From Azolla caroliniana (taxonomy: Eukaryota > Plantae > Polypodiophyta), in assembly GCA_043228905.1 (NCBI GenBank), contig JBHGNT010000008.1, forward strand, positions 13,826,001 through 13,890,000: DNA of 64,000 bases, written 5' to 3'. Each line of letters begins with the position of its first letter. The stretch's first letter is position 1. The notes beneath the pieces are model-generated. The model did not search any database, was not told the DNA's origin, and saw only the letters and a program-made list of their open reading frames with translations. Positions 1 to 12,199 of this stretch are shown one piece after another. The position numbers were made by a program, and so were the translations under genes.

Positions 1-1000
1 ACTTCTTTTATCCCGTCGTTGACACAAGTCTTCATAGAAATGTATTGCCTCATCTCTTTTCCAAAATAAATCATGCATAGCTTCTTTTAATATATCCATT
101 TGAAATTCATCATGCACTCCTAAACACTCCATCATTTGAATAGAAGGAAACAACACATTTGCATGCATCATTGCATCCTCCCCATATACTAAGTGGAAGG
201 GAGTAAAACCTGTGGAAAGCTTATGTGTCATCCTACATGCCCATAGTGCTTTGTTTAACTCTTTATCCCAATTCCGTGGATACAAGTCCACAAGCTTGAA
301 CAATAGCTTCTGTATAGTCCCATTAAAGGACTCCACCAATCCATTACATTGCGGGTGATATGGAGTAGCTCTTTTATGTTCAATCTCCAAATGAGTTACC
401 AAATCTTTAATAAAATTTCCTCTAAATTCAAGACCATTATCTGTAACTAACTCCAAAGGCACACCAAATCTACATACTACTTGTTCAAAAACAAACCTTG
501 CCATTTCTTTGCTTGTTGCAGTACGTGTAGCTTGTGCTTCTGGCCTTCGTGAAACATATTCTACTGTTGACATAATGTATACTTTGCCACTAGTAGAACT
601 AGGTAATGGCCCAATGATATCTAAACCCCACTTAGAGAATATCTTATAGCTAACAATCCTTCCTAGAGGTTCAGGCATTAATCTTCTTTGTTGATATAAT
701 TGACATTCATGACATGATCTACACCAATGTACCACATCCCTACACATGCTTGGCCATGTTACTTGAGTTTGCATGATCTTCCTTTTAGTGTATTCTATTC
801 CAAAATGGCCTCCACATCCTTCCTCATGACACATAGACAAACATTCTTGAATCTCATCATGTCGTAATACACGTATACGTATCCCATCTATATCTTTCAA
901 ATAAAGATCATCATGTATTATCACATACCTTTGTGCACGACGTGTTACGACAAGACACCTATGATATGGGAGCTCTTTTCTAGCCCTTCCTGTCCTTAAA
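1..1000 (-). pseudogene. Gypsy integrase of element A
   Basis: Manual - strand reading gives 'CHEEGCGGHFG', 'WCRSCHECQ', 'KWGLDIIGPLP', 'ELVTDNGLEF', 'TPYHPQCNGLVESFN'. It runs off the window start. Confidence 0.9.
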
Positions 1001-1026
1001 ACATATTCCTCCTCTTCTAGGCTCTC

Positions 1027-1837
1027 TCAACCTTTGTATGATGACATATTTATAACATGCACTCCCACTTCTTGTGCTACTATCTTGCTTGCTAGCTCAA
1101 GAGCCCTTGCATTCTTATCTCTTGGGATATGCTGAAATTGACACTCCACGAACTGGCGTTGCAATTGCATCACTTGTTGGAGAAGGGGACAAAGACTAGC
1201 CTTTTGCACCTTCCACACCCCCCTACACTTGTCTTATAATCAACAATGAATCTCCCTTCACCATCAAACTTCTAATTCCTTTTTCCATGCCTACTTGTAA
1301 GGCATGAATTAAGCTAAGATACTCAGCCTCATTGTGACCATTCGCTTCAATGTGATCACTTCCACTCCATAATTCATGGCATTCTCTATTCACGAAAACA
1401 TATCCAATTCCTGCAATCTTTGTTTTTTGCTTAAAAGCACCATCAAAATATAATATCCCTTCATACTTTTTCAACATTATTTCAGACTCATTGATTGGTT
1501 CGACATGATCATCTATCTCTTTTACACTCTTAGTTGACACAAGCTCCTTATAGGTAAGCAAATCCGTCATCTTAGACCTAGTAGTTTCTTCTTTAATAAA
1601 ATTTACTTCAAATTCTTGTATAATCATTATCCACTGTTTCATACGTGAGTTATCTCTTGGAAATCTTAACATATGAGGGAGCAAAGCACATGAAGTTAAA
1701 ACTATTGTGATTCGTCCTAACAAATACGACTTCCATTTTTGGAGGGAAAACACCAATGCCCATACAAGTTTTTCTTCTTGTGTCCAAGTCTTCTCTACCA
1801 TTGACATCTTCCTACTAATATAATATATTGGATGCAT
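1027..1837 (-). pseudogene. Retrotransposon RNase H followed by additional archaeal-type RNase H (aRH) of element A
   Basis: ORF 1223..1837 has 'PIYYISRK...EKLVWALVFSLQKWKSYLLG' (RH), then 'LYFDGA...NEAEYLSLIHAL...VKGDSLLIIRQV'. ORF 1027..1218 continues with 'FQHIPRDKNARA' after one stop. Confidence 0.88.
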
Positions 1838-2742
1838 ATATGAAGCAATAGGTGCATTAATACTGCACCTACTGCTTCAACACCTACACTCAAACTAACA
1901 TAGAATGGTTGATCCCAATTAGGTGGCATTAGGATGGGTAGAGCACTCAATCTATCTTTTACATCTTCAAAGGCATTTTGCTCCACTCTTCCCCACAAAA
2001 ATGGATCTCTCATTGAGGCTCTTTGTAGTGGTTGAATATACTCTACCAACATTTGAAATGAACATGAAAGATATCGTACCTTTTGTACGAAGCTTAACAA
2101 TTGCTTTGTAGAAGTTAGAGCATCCATCAATAATAAAGATTCTACTTTACTTGGATCAAGGGCAATCCCATTAGCACTAACTTCATGCCCAAGTAGAATA
2201 ATTTTACTATGTGCAATTTTGCACTCATTAGGATTCAATTGACCTCCATCTCCATCTATTTCAGCAAAAATTTGATCAAGCTTTTCTATGTGACTCTTTC
2301 TATCACTATATATTCCTATGTCATCCATAAATGACCTTGCAAATTTTCCAAAGAAAGGACTTAACAACCTATCCATCCATCCTTGAAAAGTTGCATAAGC
2401 ATTAACTAACCCAAAAGGCATCCTAGTGTAACAAAATACACCCCATGGAGTGATGAAACTAGTCAACTTTTGATCTTTGGGTGCAATTTCTATTTGAAAA
2501 TATTCACAAAAACCATCACATATTGAATACCTTTCATGTCCCGCCACTTCATCCAATATTTCATCTTGGAAAGGCATTGGGTAATGATGTCGCATGGTTG
2601 CCACATTTAAAGGTCTGAAATTCACACATACTCTCCACTTGCTATTCTTCTCAGGCACTATGACCACTAGGGATATCCAATCAATATCATCTACACGTCG
2701 AATAAATCCAATAGCCCACAACTTGCTTACCTCTTCCTCCAA
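1795..2742 (-). pseudogene. Reverse transcriptase of element A
   Basis: Motifs 'WRVCVNFRPLN', 'RMPFGLVNA', 'FMDD'. Confidence 0.95.
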
Positions 2743-2768
2743 AATCTCTCTTCTTATATTCCCATCCT

Positions 2769-3869
2769 TCAGAGTTTCTGAGGAATTGACATTGCATTGC
2801 TATGCAACTTTATCTCGTGTAACACAGAATGTGTCCCCCTCATCTGAGTATACTCTGTAGCAAACAACTTAGGATACTTATCAAACAACATGGAAATTTG
2901 GTTTCTCTCTTCTTCAATCAAATTAAGGGATAACATTACCATGAGTTCCTCCTTGGGCACATTGGGCTGACTTTTGATGGGTTCTAACCCAATACCACAT
3001 AGGTTGACTCCTATGAGTAATTTCTCATACTCATCGTCAACCTCATCCTCTTCACTTGAAGAAAAGGATTCCTCATCTGAAAATTCTTCAACATCATCTT
3101 GCCCCTCTTCTTCTAGTCTACCATCTGGGAAATAAAGTAATTGTCCAGTCTTCATATCACACTTCACTCTCTCACCATGAGGCTTATCGGTGAACAATTC
3201 TAATTCCCCACGATGCCAATCTTGTCTCACTTTCATACCCATCAACCATGGTCTTCCTAGTATTAGTGGATAAGCCCTTGGTCTTGATGGCATGATGTGA
3301 AAATCCACCAATACTTGTTGCCCCAACACATACAACTTTACTTACTCTGCTACTCCCACACATTGCACTACTGCATTATTTGCTATATTCGTGTTATATG
3401 CATGTTTTCTATTAATCTTTAATTGTAATCTTCTTGCCGTATCCTCCGTTATGACACATACTTGTGCACCACCATCTACATATGTTGGGGCCACCACTTG
3501 CCCTTGACACCAAACTTCTAGTACTGGCAACAAATCTTTTTCATAACTGTAACATATTCGAGGAATGTCTTGAGTATCTACTCTACTTATAGTATTAGTT
3601 GCCCTTCTACCCTTCTTAGAAATACTCACCATTTTCCTCCACTCTCCACGTAGCTTAGGAAGTAATTCTAAAGCTTGGGCAAAGGTCATTTCCATTTTTC
3701 TTTCTTTCAAGTCATTCAACAAGGAATATGATTCTTGATTTAAACCTAATGGATAATCCTTGATAGCTATCCTCCTCTTTGATTCTAGAGATTTCATTCC
3801 TTGCTTATCCCTATGCTTACTAGGTTCTCCCTCTTGTGATATTGCTCCATCTTTCAACTTATTATGCAA
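2769..3869 (-). pseudogene. Aspartic protease and linker of element A
   Basis: 'YVDGGAQVCVI' and 'LILGRPWL', split by a stop codon. Confidence 0.85.
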
Positions 3870-4063
3870 CCTAGTTCACATTCTTGATCCTCCCTCGTGC
3901 TCCTCTACACGAGCTCTCTTTCCCATTAAAACATCATATGAATCCCCATCTAACATGACCTTCCCACATGTTGTATTTAATGCATCCTTTACATTATCAT
4001 TCTTCTTAAACTCAATCAAATTAATACCTTGAGAATTTACTTGATTTTGTGACCTTTGGTCTT

Positions 4064-4588
4064 CTACTCGTCTTGGAATCGGGCAATACCTCTTCCTTCG
4101 TGCTTAGGATGTGGGCAATTTGGTGAAATATGCCCTCGTTCAAAACAATTATAACACTGCACATTGGGATTTTGCCTCCCAATATCTTTCTTTTGTTGAG
4201 AAACTTGCATAGACCTTGTAAGTTCAACTTGGTTGATACAAAGCTTACTTACTTCATCAGCCATCTTTGCCACTTGTTGTGCAAGATCCATGGCCCCACT
4301 TGTAAAAGACTCTCGCCATGACGACACATCATGACTTTTCTCATGTACCCTGTGAACGTATGATGTCGCACCTTCAATAACTTCATCATCTTCTTTCATG
4401 TCCCTCCCAAGCTTTCTCATCCTCTTTCTCCATTTACTTATTGCCACTTCTTTTGCCCTTTCAAAAGATTCAGGTACCTTATCATCTACCTTCTCTTTAA
4501 TATCCTCAAGCAAGGCCACGATAAATTGGTCGCACTTCATAAAATCGGGTGGAGGTTGACCATTTCCTAATCTCTCCAATCTCCTATA
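4064..4588 (-). pseudogene. Gag C-terminal part of element A with CCHC zinc knuckle
   Basis: 'CYNCFERGHISPNC'. The first codons of the track ORF (4589-4642) belong to the B LTR. Confidence 0.85.
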
Positions 4589-5326
4589 TGATAGGGTGTA
4601 TAAGACAAAGGATTGTCGTACACAATATGAGGGCTTGACCAAACTGATTAGATGGAGTTGTGAATTATAATAGATTATATAGATCTAGGTAACTACGATT
4701 TAGAGAGGAAAACTCAAGAAATTAAGATAAAAGGTAGGGAAGATGAGAAAGAGATAAGAATGTTATAATATTCCACTTCAAGTCAATACAAAGAGGTTAA
4801 ACTCCACCTTGAACTAAAAAACCAAAGACCTTACTTCCAATCACTCAAACCCACTACTAAGACCCTTCCTCTTCCACTAAGACACCTCTTCCCAAGCCTC
4901 CTCCTCCTCTATTAGGATCCTTTCTCTATTATAATTTTCTTCTTCTTCCTCGTTCATGCTATTTTTAGAAGCTTTTTATTTCCTATTTTTAGCTAAGACA
5001 CAACGGCCTTCTAATTGTCATATCTCCCTCATCCGAGCTCGAAATTTAGAGATTTAAAAAGCTATAGATAGATCTCTTTACAAGCTTTATATAGATAGAT
5101 CTCTTGCAACGTGGTTATTGGGTTACAAACGAAAGAGTTATGAATATTCATGTTTTACTGTTTTGATGGCCCGCTTTTTCTCTTTTTACTTTTCTCTATG
5201 TATCTTACTTTTACTTTTGACTTCTTCGTAATATATTGGTTCGTGTTCTTTGCCTCCAAATGTGAATGCCCCATACCTTATATTCTTGTAACGTTCAATG
5301 GCTTGAATTCTAAAAATAGTTTCACA
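4589..5326 (-). repeat. 3' LTR of element B
   Basis: Direct repeat of 7744..8476, abutting the PPT. Confidence 0.96.
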
Positions 5327-5593
5327 TTTAGCCTCCCCCTTGCTTGTTGAGCGAACCATTTATGGTGAGCTTAAGATAAAAAGAAGAAAAAATCTCCTTC
5401 GCCTTATGGTAGGCTATAGACAAAGAAGGAGTATAAATACTAAAAGTATATCAAATTATTGTGTGAGAAAAAACCCCCGTTACGCGGTAGGAAAAAATCT
5501 CACGCTTCTAAACACACACCCACACACACACATTGACAATTGCCATCACCATCTATCTCCTTGTCAACACAAAGAAAGAGGTTATCACAATTA

Positions 5594-6349
5594 TTATGTC
5601 TTTGTCAAGTCTCCAAACACAAGTAGGCCCATGGGATACATAACTCTTGATAGAAGTATGCATTTCAACATATGAATGAATCTTTCAAGCGAGCGAACCT
5701 TTTGCACAAATACCTTCAAAGCTTCAAGACTTGTTGGAATGATCATCTTTTGAATTACGTTGATCTTTGAATCATCCACATCTTCTTGGCACAACACATT
5801 GTCCACACTACCTTGTTTTGCATAAATGACCATTTCATCTACAATCTCATCTTGGAAATGAAGTGAAATTTGATCTCGTTTGGTCGAATCATTCAAGGGT
5901 TTGAAATTGATCTCATTCTTCTCGGGAACCAAAACAATATGTGACACAGACTTCAAATCCTCCATCTTATAATTGAAATTTTCGTGCAACAATGTTTTGA
6001 ACTTTTGTATAACACCCAATCACCTACAGTTAGGGAAAATTGGGATACTTTCCTTGATGTTGATGTGGTATTTGTTGCAAGCTTCTTCTCTTATTCTCAA
6101 ACACTCGATGACCACATCCTCCACTATGCCTGTGCAATTCATCACTCCACCATTGGCTACAACCACCCTTGCTGAAGATGACCTACTAATAGGAATTCCC
6201 ACTTTGTTTATCATAAATTTAGAAATCAAGCTTACCCTAGCACCACTATCAACCAAGGTATCTTTGATGTGAAACCCTTTGATGGAGACCGGAATGGTTG
6301 GACATATGTCCTTTCGATCTTCTACTCGCACGATCCCCACATAATGCAC
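5594..6349 (-). pseudogene. Protease plus internally deleted RT remnant of element B
   Basis: 'LVDSGARVSLI'. The RT N-terminus 'INFKPLN...FQDEIVDEM' is fused to the post-RT 'DSKINVI...FVQKVRSL'. No YxDD, RNase H or integrase. Confidence 0.8.
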
Positions 6350-6773
6350 GGTCTTCCTACTTTGGCGAATACTTGCAAGCCTCCCCCACTCCTTTTGTAA
6401 TGTTGGAGATAATTGGAGAAGTTGCGGTCACGTTATCCTTGGTCCACTTAATATCAACTCATGCTTCAAATTGAAAGCTTCTACACCTTCACCCATAGGA
6501 ATATACTTCATCTTGATCTTCCTTGTAGAGTCTCCTTCTCATTTTCTCCTCTTTCTCATTCTCCTTAGACTTCTTCTTTTGTCTTGAGGCACTAGATTCC
6601 CCTTCAACTTCTTTCTCCTTTTGTGATTCCCTTGTCCTTTTCACAGGAGCTACTTCAAAAGCATTATCACTATCATCAATAAAATTAAGAAGATTCACAT
6701 TATGAGGAATTATAGGAACTTGAGGCATAGGAAGTGTTATGGCTTCGCCTCCTTTGACTCCATTGTTGTTAGG

Positions 6774-7658
6774 TCATTGACCATTCCTTTGCACTTGATA
6801 CATGCCTCTTCCCATGCCTCTTTGTTGTCGATGAGGACATCTTGTTGAGATGTGTCCCTCCTCTTTACAAGAATAACAAATCACACCTTCATGCCCTTGA
6901 GAGCCACCACCATCGGGAATAGTGTTGTGAATTGCTTGGGATTGCCGCAAGTGGGCCATCACTTCATCAAAGTGCTGATTCACCAATGCCATTGTATCTT
7001 GTTCACTCTTCACTTGTTCCACTTCTTGAGATATACTTGTTGTGGTGGTATACACATTTGGAAACACTTGTCCACTATGCACAATTGAAGATGAGGTCTG
7101 AAGATTGGCACAAGGCATCAAGTTTGCACCCAAAGCCATCATTTGGAGAAACCCCATGGAACTCATCATCTTCATTTGTCGATCATAACCTTGACAAACT
7201 TGGAGAAGATCTTGAAAAGTTGTTGGAGGCTTCAAGCTTGCCTCCAAACGGAAATGCATGTCAAGGCCCATCTTGAATCGTTCCATCTTAAACCACTCGT
7301 CTTCAATGCCACCATGAAGATGAATCCACATCGTCCACAAATCCTTGAAATTTCTTTCATATTGTACGAAACCAAAAGGTGATTCCATCTTTAGTCGAAA
7401 AAGCTCCTTCTTTACTTCCGTTGCACTTCGCCGTGGAATGTATCTGGATGGAAACTGGTGTACCAACAATTGATATTCTCTTTGTTCGTTTGGTGGAAGA
7501 GAGTCATACCAATCTCGAGCTCGACCATAGAATGTAGCTACCAACAAGGGCAAATTTTCATTATCGGTGGCGCGTCCAATAGAGATGGCATGATGCTCAA
7601 AGGATGCCAAAAAGGCACCAACATCTTCTGTTCTTTCACCCGAAAATGCGAATTGCAT
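6774..7658 (-). CDS. Gag of element B
   Basis: Open frame from ATG 7658: 'FSGERTEDVGAFL...GRARDWYDSL...CYSCKEEGHISTRC'. Confidence 0.85.
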   Translation of the reverse strand: MQFAFSGERTEDVGAFLASFEHHAISIGRATDNENLPLLVATFYGRARDWYDSLPPNEQREYQLLVHQFPSRYIPRRSATEVKKELFRLKMESPFGFVQYERNFKDLWTMWIHLHGGIEDEWFKMERFKMGLDMHFRLEASLKPPTTFQDLLQVCQGYDRQMKMMSSMGFLQMMALGANLMPCANLQTSSSIVHSGQVFPNVYTTTTSISQEVEQVKSEQDTMALVNQHFDEVMAHLRQSQAIHNTIPDGGGSQGHEGVICYSCKEEGHISTRCPHRQQRGMGRGMYQVQRNGQ

Positions 7659-7743
7659 AGCTAAGTTAATGTAGTATAGTAACATAAAGAAAGGATAAGT
7701 TCTCCCTCCTATACGGAAACGATTGACCCTCGGAATGCCAAAA

Positions 7744-8476
7744 TGATAGGGTTTATAAGACAAGGGATATTTGTACACAATATGGGGGCTTGACCAAACT
7801 GATTAGATGGAGTTGTGAATTATAATAGGTTATATAGATCTAGATAACTACGATTTAGAGAGGAAAACTCAAGAAATTAAGATAAAAGGTAGGGAAGATG
7901 AGAAAGAGATAAGAATGTTATAATATTCCACTTCAAGTCAATACAAAGAGGATAAACTCCACCTTGAACTAAAAAACCAAAGACCTTACTTCCAATCACT
8001 CAAACCCACTACTAAGACCCTTCCTCTTCCACTAAGACACCTCTTTCCAAGCCTCATCCTCCTCTATTAGGATCCTTTCTCTATTATAATTTTCTTCTTC
8101 TTCCTCGTTCACGCTATTTTTAGAAGCTTTTTATTTCCTATTTTTAGCTAAGACACAACAACCTTCTAATCGTCATATCTCCCTCATTCCAGCTCGAAAT
8201 TTAGAGATTTAAAAAGCTATAGAGAGCTCTATTTACATGCTTTCTAACCCATATTTCAACGTGGTTATTGGATTACAAACGAAAGAGTTATGACCATTCA
8301 TGTTTTATTGTTTTTATGGCCCGCTTTTTCTCTTTTTACTTTTCTCTATGTATCTTACTTTTACTTTTGACTTCTTCTTAAGATATTGGTTCGTGTTCTT
8401 TGCCTCCAAATGTGAATGCTCCATACCTTATATTATTGTAATGTTCAATGGCTTGAATTCTAAAAATACTTTCACA
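7744..8476 (-). repeat. 5' LTR of element B
   Basis: Direct repeat of 4589..5326, abutting the PBS-like sequence. Confidence 0.96.
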
Positions 8477-8641
8477 CTATATAAATCTTCAAACCTCCTA
8501 ATAAAATCCCTAATATCCTCTTCATACCCTTGCCTTCCCCTTCTAATGTCAGGAATAGTACTGAGATAGAGAAGAAATTAATAGTACTAAGAGAGGAATA
8601 TTAGTACTAAGAGGAATAGAGGGTGTAGAACACTCGAGAGA

Positions 8642-8646
<5 letters not shown>

Positions 8647-8697
<51 letters not shown>
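8647..8697. repeat. (AG)25 microsatellite inside the C LTR
   Basis: Read directly. Confidence 0.98.
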
Positions 8698-8699
<2 letters not shown>

Positions 8700-9475
8700 G
8701 AGGGAGAGAAAATGATGATGACAACGATATATTATGTGAGGAGAATATACAAGGAAGGCTAGGACGCTTAAGACTGACGTTGAACCGATTTGGTTCGAAA
8801 TAATGCCTTGTGCCTCCTTTTATAGTGTTCTCAGGAGTAGTCTTGAAGGTTCTAGAATGTTCTAGAGAAATCTGGAATATACATTAATTTTCTATAGTAA
8901 AACTTAAATAAAAATAATATCCTATGTATTACAATAGATAGTGTAATGGTCAAGAGCTCGACCCACGTAACGTAATGTAGAGTAATGCGCGGAATATCGC
9001 TCGACCACAACCGAGTAGTAAGAAAAACACTTCTATAGGAAGTAAACACAGAAATGGGAAGTGGAGAGTGCACAAGAAAAATGACACAGGATGTTTATGT
9101 GGAAAACCCTAATAGGGAAAAAACCATGGGAGCCCATAGACTCCGAACTATCACTATGAAGAGAAGGGGTACAATCAAAGACTCGGAGGCAACGACCTCG
9201 AGCTCTATTTCTTCGCACAGTGGCGGTTACATCAAAGTATCGCTCTGTATCTCTCTCTATAACTCCTTCTCACTTTGTCGCTCTCTCTATACAACAGTTA
9301 CGACAACAATAATAACCATACTAAAGAGATTGCCCTAAGTCATATTTATACTTATATGAACTTAGGGCTATTTACAAATATAGCCTCAATGGGCTTACTC
9401 CGAAACATATTTATAGATATGTCTTCTACATCCGGTTCTCACCAGGTCTTCTACATCCGGTTCTCAAGATCCCAT

Positions 9476-11076
9476 CTAGAGGGACCAAAAATCCCAACAA
9501 TCTCCTGCTTCCTCTAGCATGGGATGTTTCGTCAGCCCAATCCGCGTCCGACATGCGTCCAACTTGTCGGGTGTCAGCACTTTGGTCAGCATGTCCGACC
9601 CGTTCTCCTCTGTGTGGATCTTCGTCATCACGAACTCTCGATCTTCAACTCGCTCCCAGATCCAATGGTACCTATGATGGATGTGCTTTGTTCTGGAATG
9701 GTATGTTGCATTCTTTGCAAGGTGGATGACACTTTGACTGTCACAGTAGAGCCGATATTCCTCTCGCCGGATCCCTAGCTCTTTGATGAAGTCCTTCATC
9801 CATAATATTTCCTTGCCGGCTTCCACGGCTACCATGTACTCCGCCTCCGTGGTTGACAACGCAACCGTCTTCTACAGCCTCGACTGCCACGAAACGGCTC
9901 CCCCTACATAGGTCCTGACATATCCAGAAGTTGATCGGCTGGTGTCCACATCAGCTGACATATCCGAATCGGTAAATCCTTCCATGAGAGGTTTACCGGA
10001 GCCAAATCGGAGGCACATACTCAAAGTGCCCTTCAAGTACCGGAGTATCCATTTTACCGCATTCAAGTGCTCTTTTCGGGGTTGGTCATAAACCGACTCA
10101 CCACTCTTCATGCGTATCCAATATCCGGTCAAGTACACACCATTGCGTACATCAAACTTCCGACCGCAGAGGCATATGGAATCTTCATCATATCCGCCTT
10201 CTCTGCCTTTGTCTTCGGGCTTTGCTTACTTGATAATTTGCAATTTGCCGGGAGTGTCGATCCGACCGATTTTGCTTCTGACATGTTAAACTGTTGAAGC
10301 ACCTTTGTCACGTACTTTTCCTGTGACAACCACAATTGCTTGTTCAACTGGTCCCGAATGATGTGCATCCCTAGTATCTGTCTTGCCGGACCCAAGTCCT
10401 TCATTGAGAAGGTTCGGTTAAGGGCCTTCTTCAGCATCCGTATCTTGACTTGGTCTTGTCTGATGATCAACATGTTGTCCACGTACAAGAGCAATATCAG
10501 GAAATCTCCTCCAACAAATTTCTTCACAAACATGCAGTGATCGGCCTGCGTCTTGTGGTACCCTTGTTTGGTCATGAAGGAGTCAAACTTCTGGTACCAT
10601 TGCCGGGTAGCTTGCTGCAGTTCGTATAAGCTCTTCTTCAGCCGGCACACCAGGTGCTCATTCCCTTTCTTCTCAAATCCTTCCGGTTGGTGCATGTAGA
10701 TCTCTTCTTCGAGGTCTCCGTGTAGGAATGCCATCTTGATGTCCAACTGCTCTACCTCGAGGTCCATGCTTGCCGCTATGCCCAATAACATCCGGATGGA
10801 TGTCATCTTTACTACCGGGGCAAAGATCTCATCGAAGTCCACTCCTTTCTTCTGCTGGAAGCCCTTCACCACGATTCGGGCATTATACCTTCGTGGATTT
10901 CCGGCGTCTCCTGGTTTCAGCTTGTACACCCACTTGTTCCGGAGTGCCCTCTTTCCTTTCGGCAACTCCACCAATTCGTATGTGAGGTTCTCATGCAGGG
11001 AGTCCATCTCGTCCTGCATGGCACTCAACCACTTGCGGCTGTGGGTGTCTGTCCTTGCTTCTTCAAAGCTTTCCGG
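9476..11076 (-). pseudogene. Copia RT and RNase H of element D
   Basis: 'ARIVVKGFQQKKGVDFDEIFAPV', 'EQLDIKMAFLHGDL', 'LLYVDNM', 'STTEAEY', 'YCDSQSVIHL'. Confidence 0.95.
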
Positions 11077-12135
11077 TGTCGTGTGAATCTTCTGACACTG
11101 TAAAAAAATAAATAATAAAATAAGTACTTTATATTAGCTTAATGGCATGTTATAAAAAGATGAATGTTTGAGAAGATAGGGAAAATAGAACTATGCTTTA
11201 TCCCACATAGATAGGAAACTTAAGGCTCTAGCTATATAAGCACCTTGAGATCCCTCATTTTTCATTTGTGCTAAGAGCACTTTGGCCACTTTGTCTTGAT
11301 GGATGATGGTGGTTAAGTTCCCAAAAACCGGAACCGGGACGACAAGCAAAACCGGAAACCGGCCGGTAAGCAAAATCGGAACCGGGCCGAAAAGCAAAAT
11401 TGGAACCGGCCGGAAAGCAAAACCGGAACCAGGCCAGTAAGCTAAATCAAAAACCGGCCGGTAAGCAAACTAGAACTGGCGGCAGAGCTGGCGAGGCGAT
11501 GGCAATCGGTGACCGGACGAGGTTGGACGCAAATCGAATGGATAAAAGGATCATGTGGCTAATTAAAGAAAGGTAAAAGAGAGTAAAGTAGAGGCCATGT
11601 GGATGCATGCAACAAAAGTGGAAAAGCATGCAAAGGAAAAAAAGAAGCAAATTGAAGTCCTTCATGGAAAGGGATGGGGGAGAGACAAAAAGAAAAGAAT
11701 CTGAATTCTTGGAGGCTATCGATCACTCATAATTCCAATTTCTCCATACGGGAAAGACGTTATCTCTCAAGTAAACCATAATTTCCTTACGGAAGCCATA
11801 TCTTACTGATAACCCTAAATTTTCCATACGGGAGCAAATTCAACTCATAAAACCATAATCTCTTATCAAAGCCAAGAACCCTAAATCTCTATTGAATCCA
11901 TATCTTAGTTTCTTCTAATCTATTATTCTAGTAATCTCCTTAAGATAAAACTTTGTAATCCCAATCTTGGGATTGATTGTAATTTTTCTTTTCTATTTAT
12001 TAATGAAATTTGTCAATCTTTCTCATTTTCCATTAATTGTTTAACATAAACATACGAATTTGATATCTTCCGGTCGGAGGCCCTGGGGTCTTGCCTCAAA
12101 GTTCACGTATCCTCGTCGTATTTTCGTGACATCTT

Positions 12136-12153
12136 TGGTGAACCCGACGTGAA
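12136..12153 (+). promoter_or_regulatory. Primer binding site, tRNA-Trp
   Basis: TGGTGAACCCGACGTGAA is the complement of the 3' 18 nt of plant cytosolic tRNA-Trp (recalled sequence ...TTCACGTCGGGTTCACCA), 4 nt after the LTR end. Confidence 0.9.
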
Positions 12154-12199
12154 ATAGGCGGCAAGAAGGATCAAATTGAGGATCGAACGATACTTGGAG

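Larger units (their letters stand above)
4589..8476 (-). mobile_element. Element B: complete-ended non-autonomous Gypsy (LTR-gag-PR-RT remnant-LTR), 3.9 kb
   Basis: LTRs at 4589..5326 and 7744..8476 (TG...CA). Perfect 5-bp TSD CTATA (4584-4588, 8477-8481). PPT at 5327-5345 (AAGGGGGAGGCTAAA on -). PBS-like TGGCATTCCGAGGGTCAA at 7740-7723. Confidence 0.96.
1..8546 (-). mobile_element. Element A: degenerate non-chromovirus Ty3/Gypsy internal region (gag-PR-RT-RH-aRH-INT), interrupted by element B and cut at 8546 by element C
   Basis: Collinear domain remnants on the - strand. The gag frame is restored across B (8546-8482 'GRQGYEEDIRDFIRRFEDLY' joins 'RRLERLGNGQPPPDF'). No LTR of A is visible in the window. 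Confidence 0.92.

Noticed and set aside
5150-5350. Short hydrophobic ORFs repeated at 5150 and 8300 (also LTR ORFs at 9033/19007 and 47224/52455)
   Set aside because: They recur only because they lie in paired LTRs, and nothing supports coding.
11700-11900. AAACCCTA motifs as interstitial telomere
   Set aside because: They are isolated telobox-like motifs within LTR subrepeats, not tandem TTTAGGG arrays.
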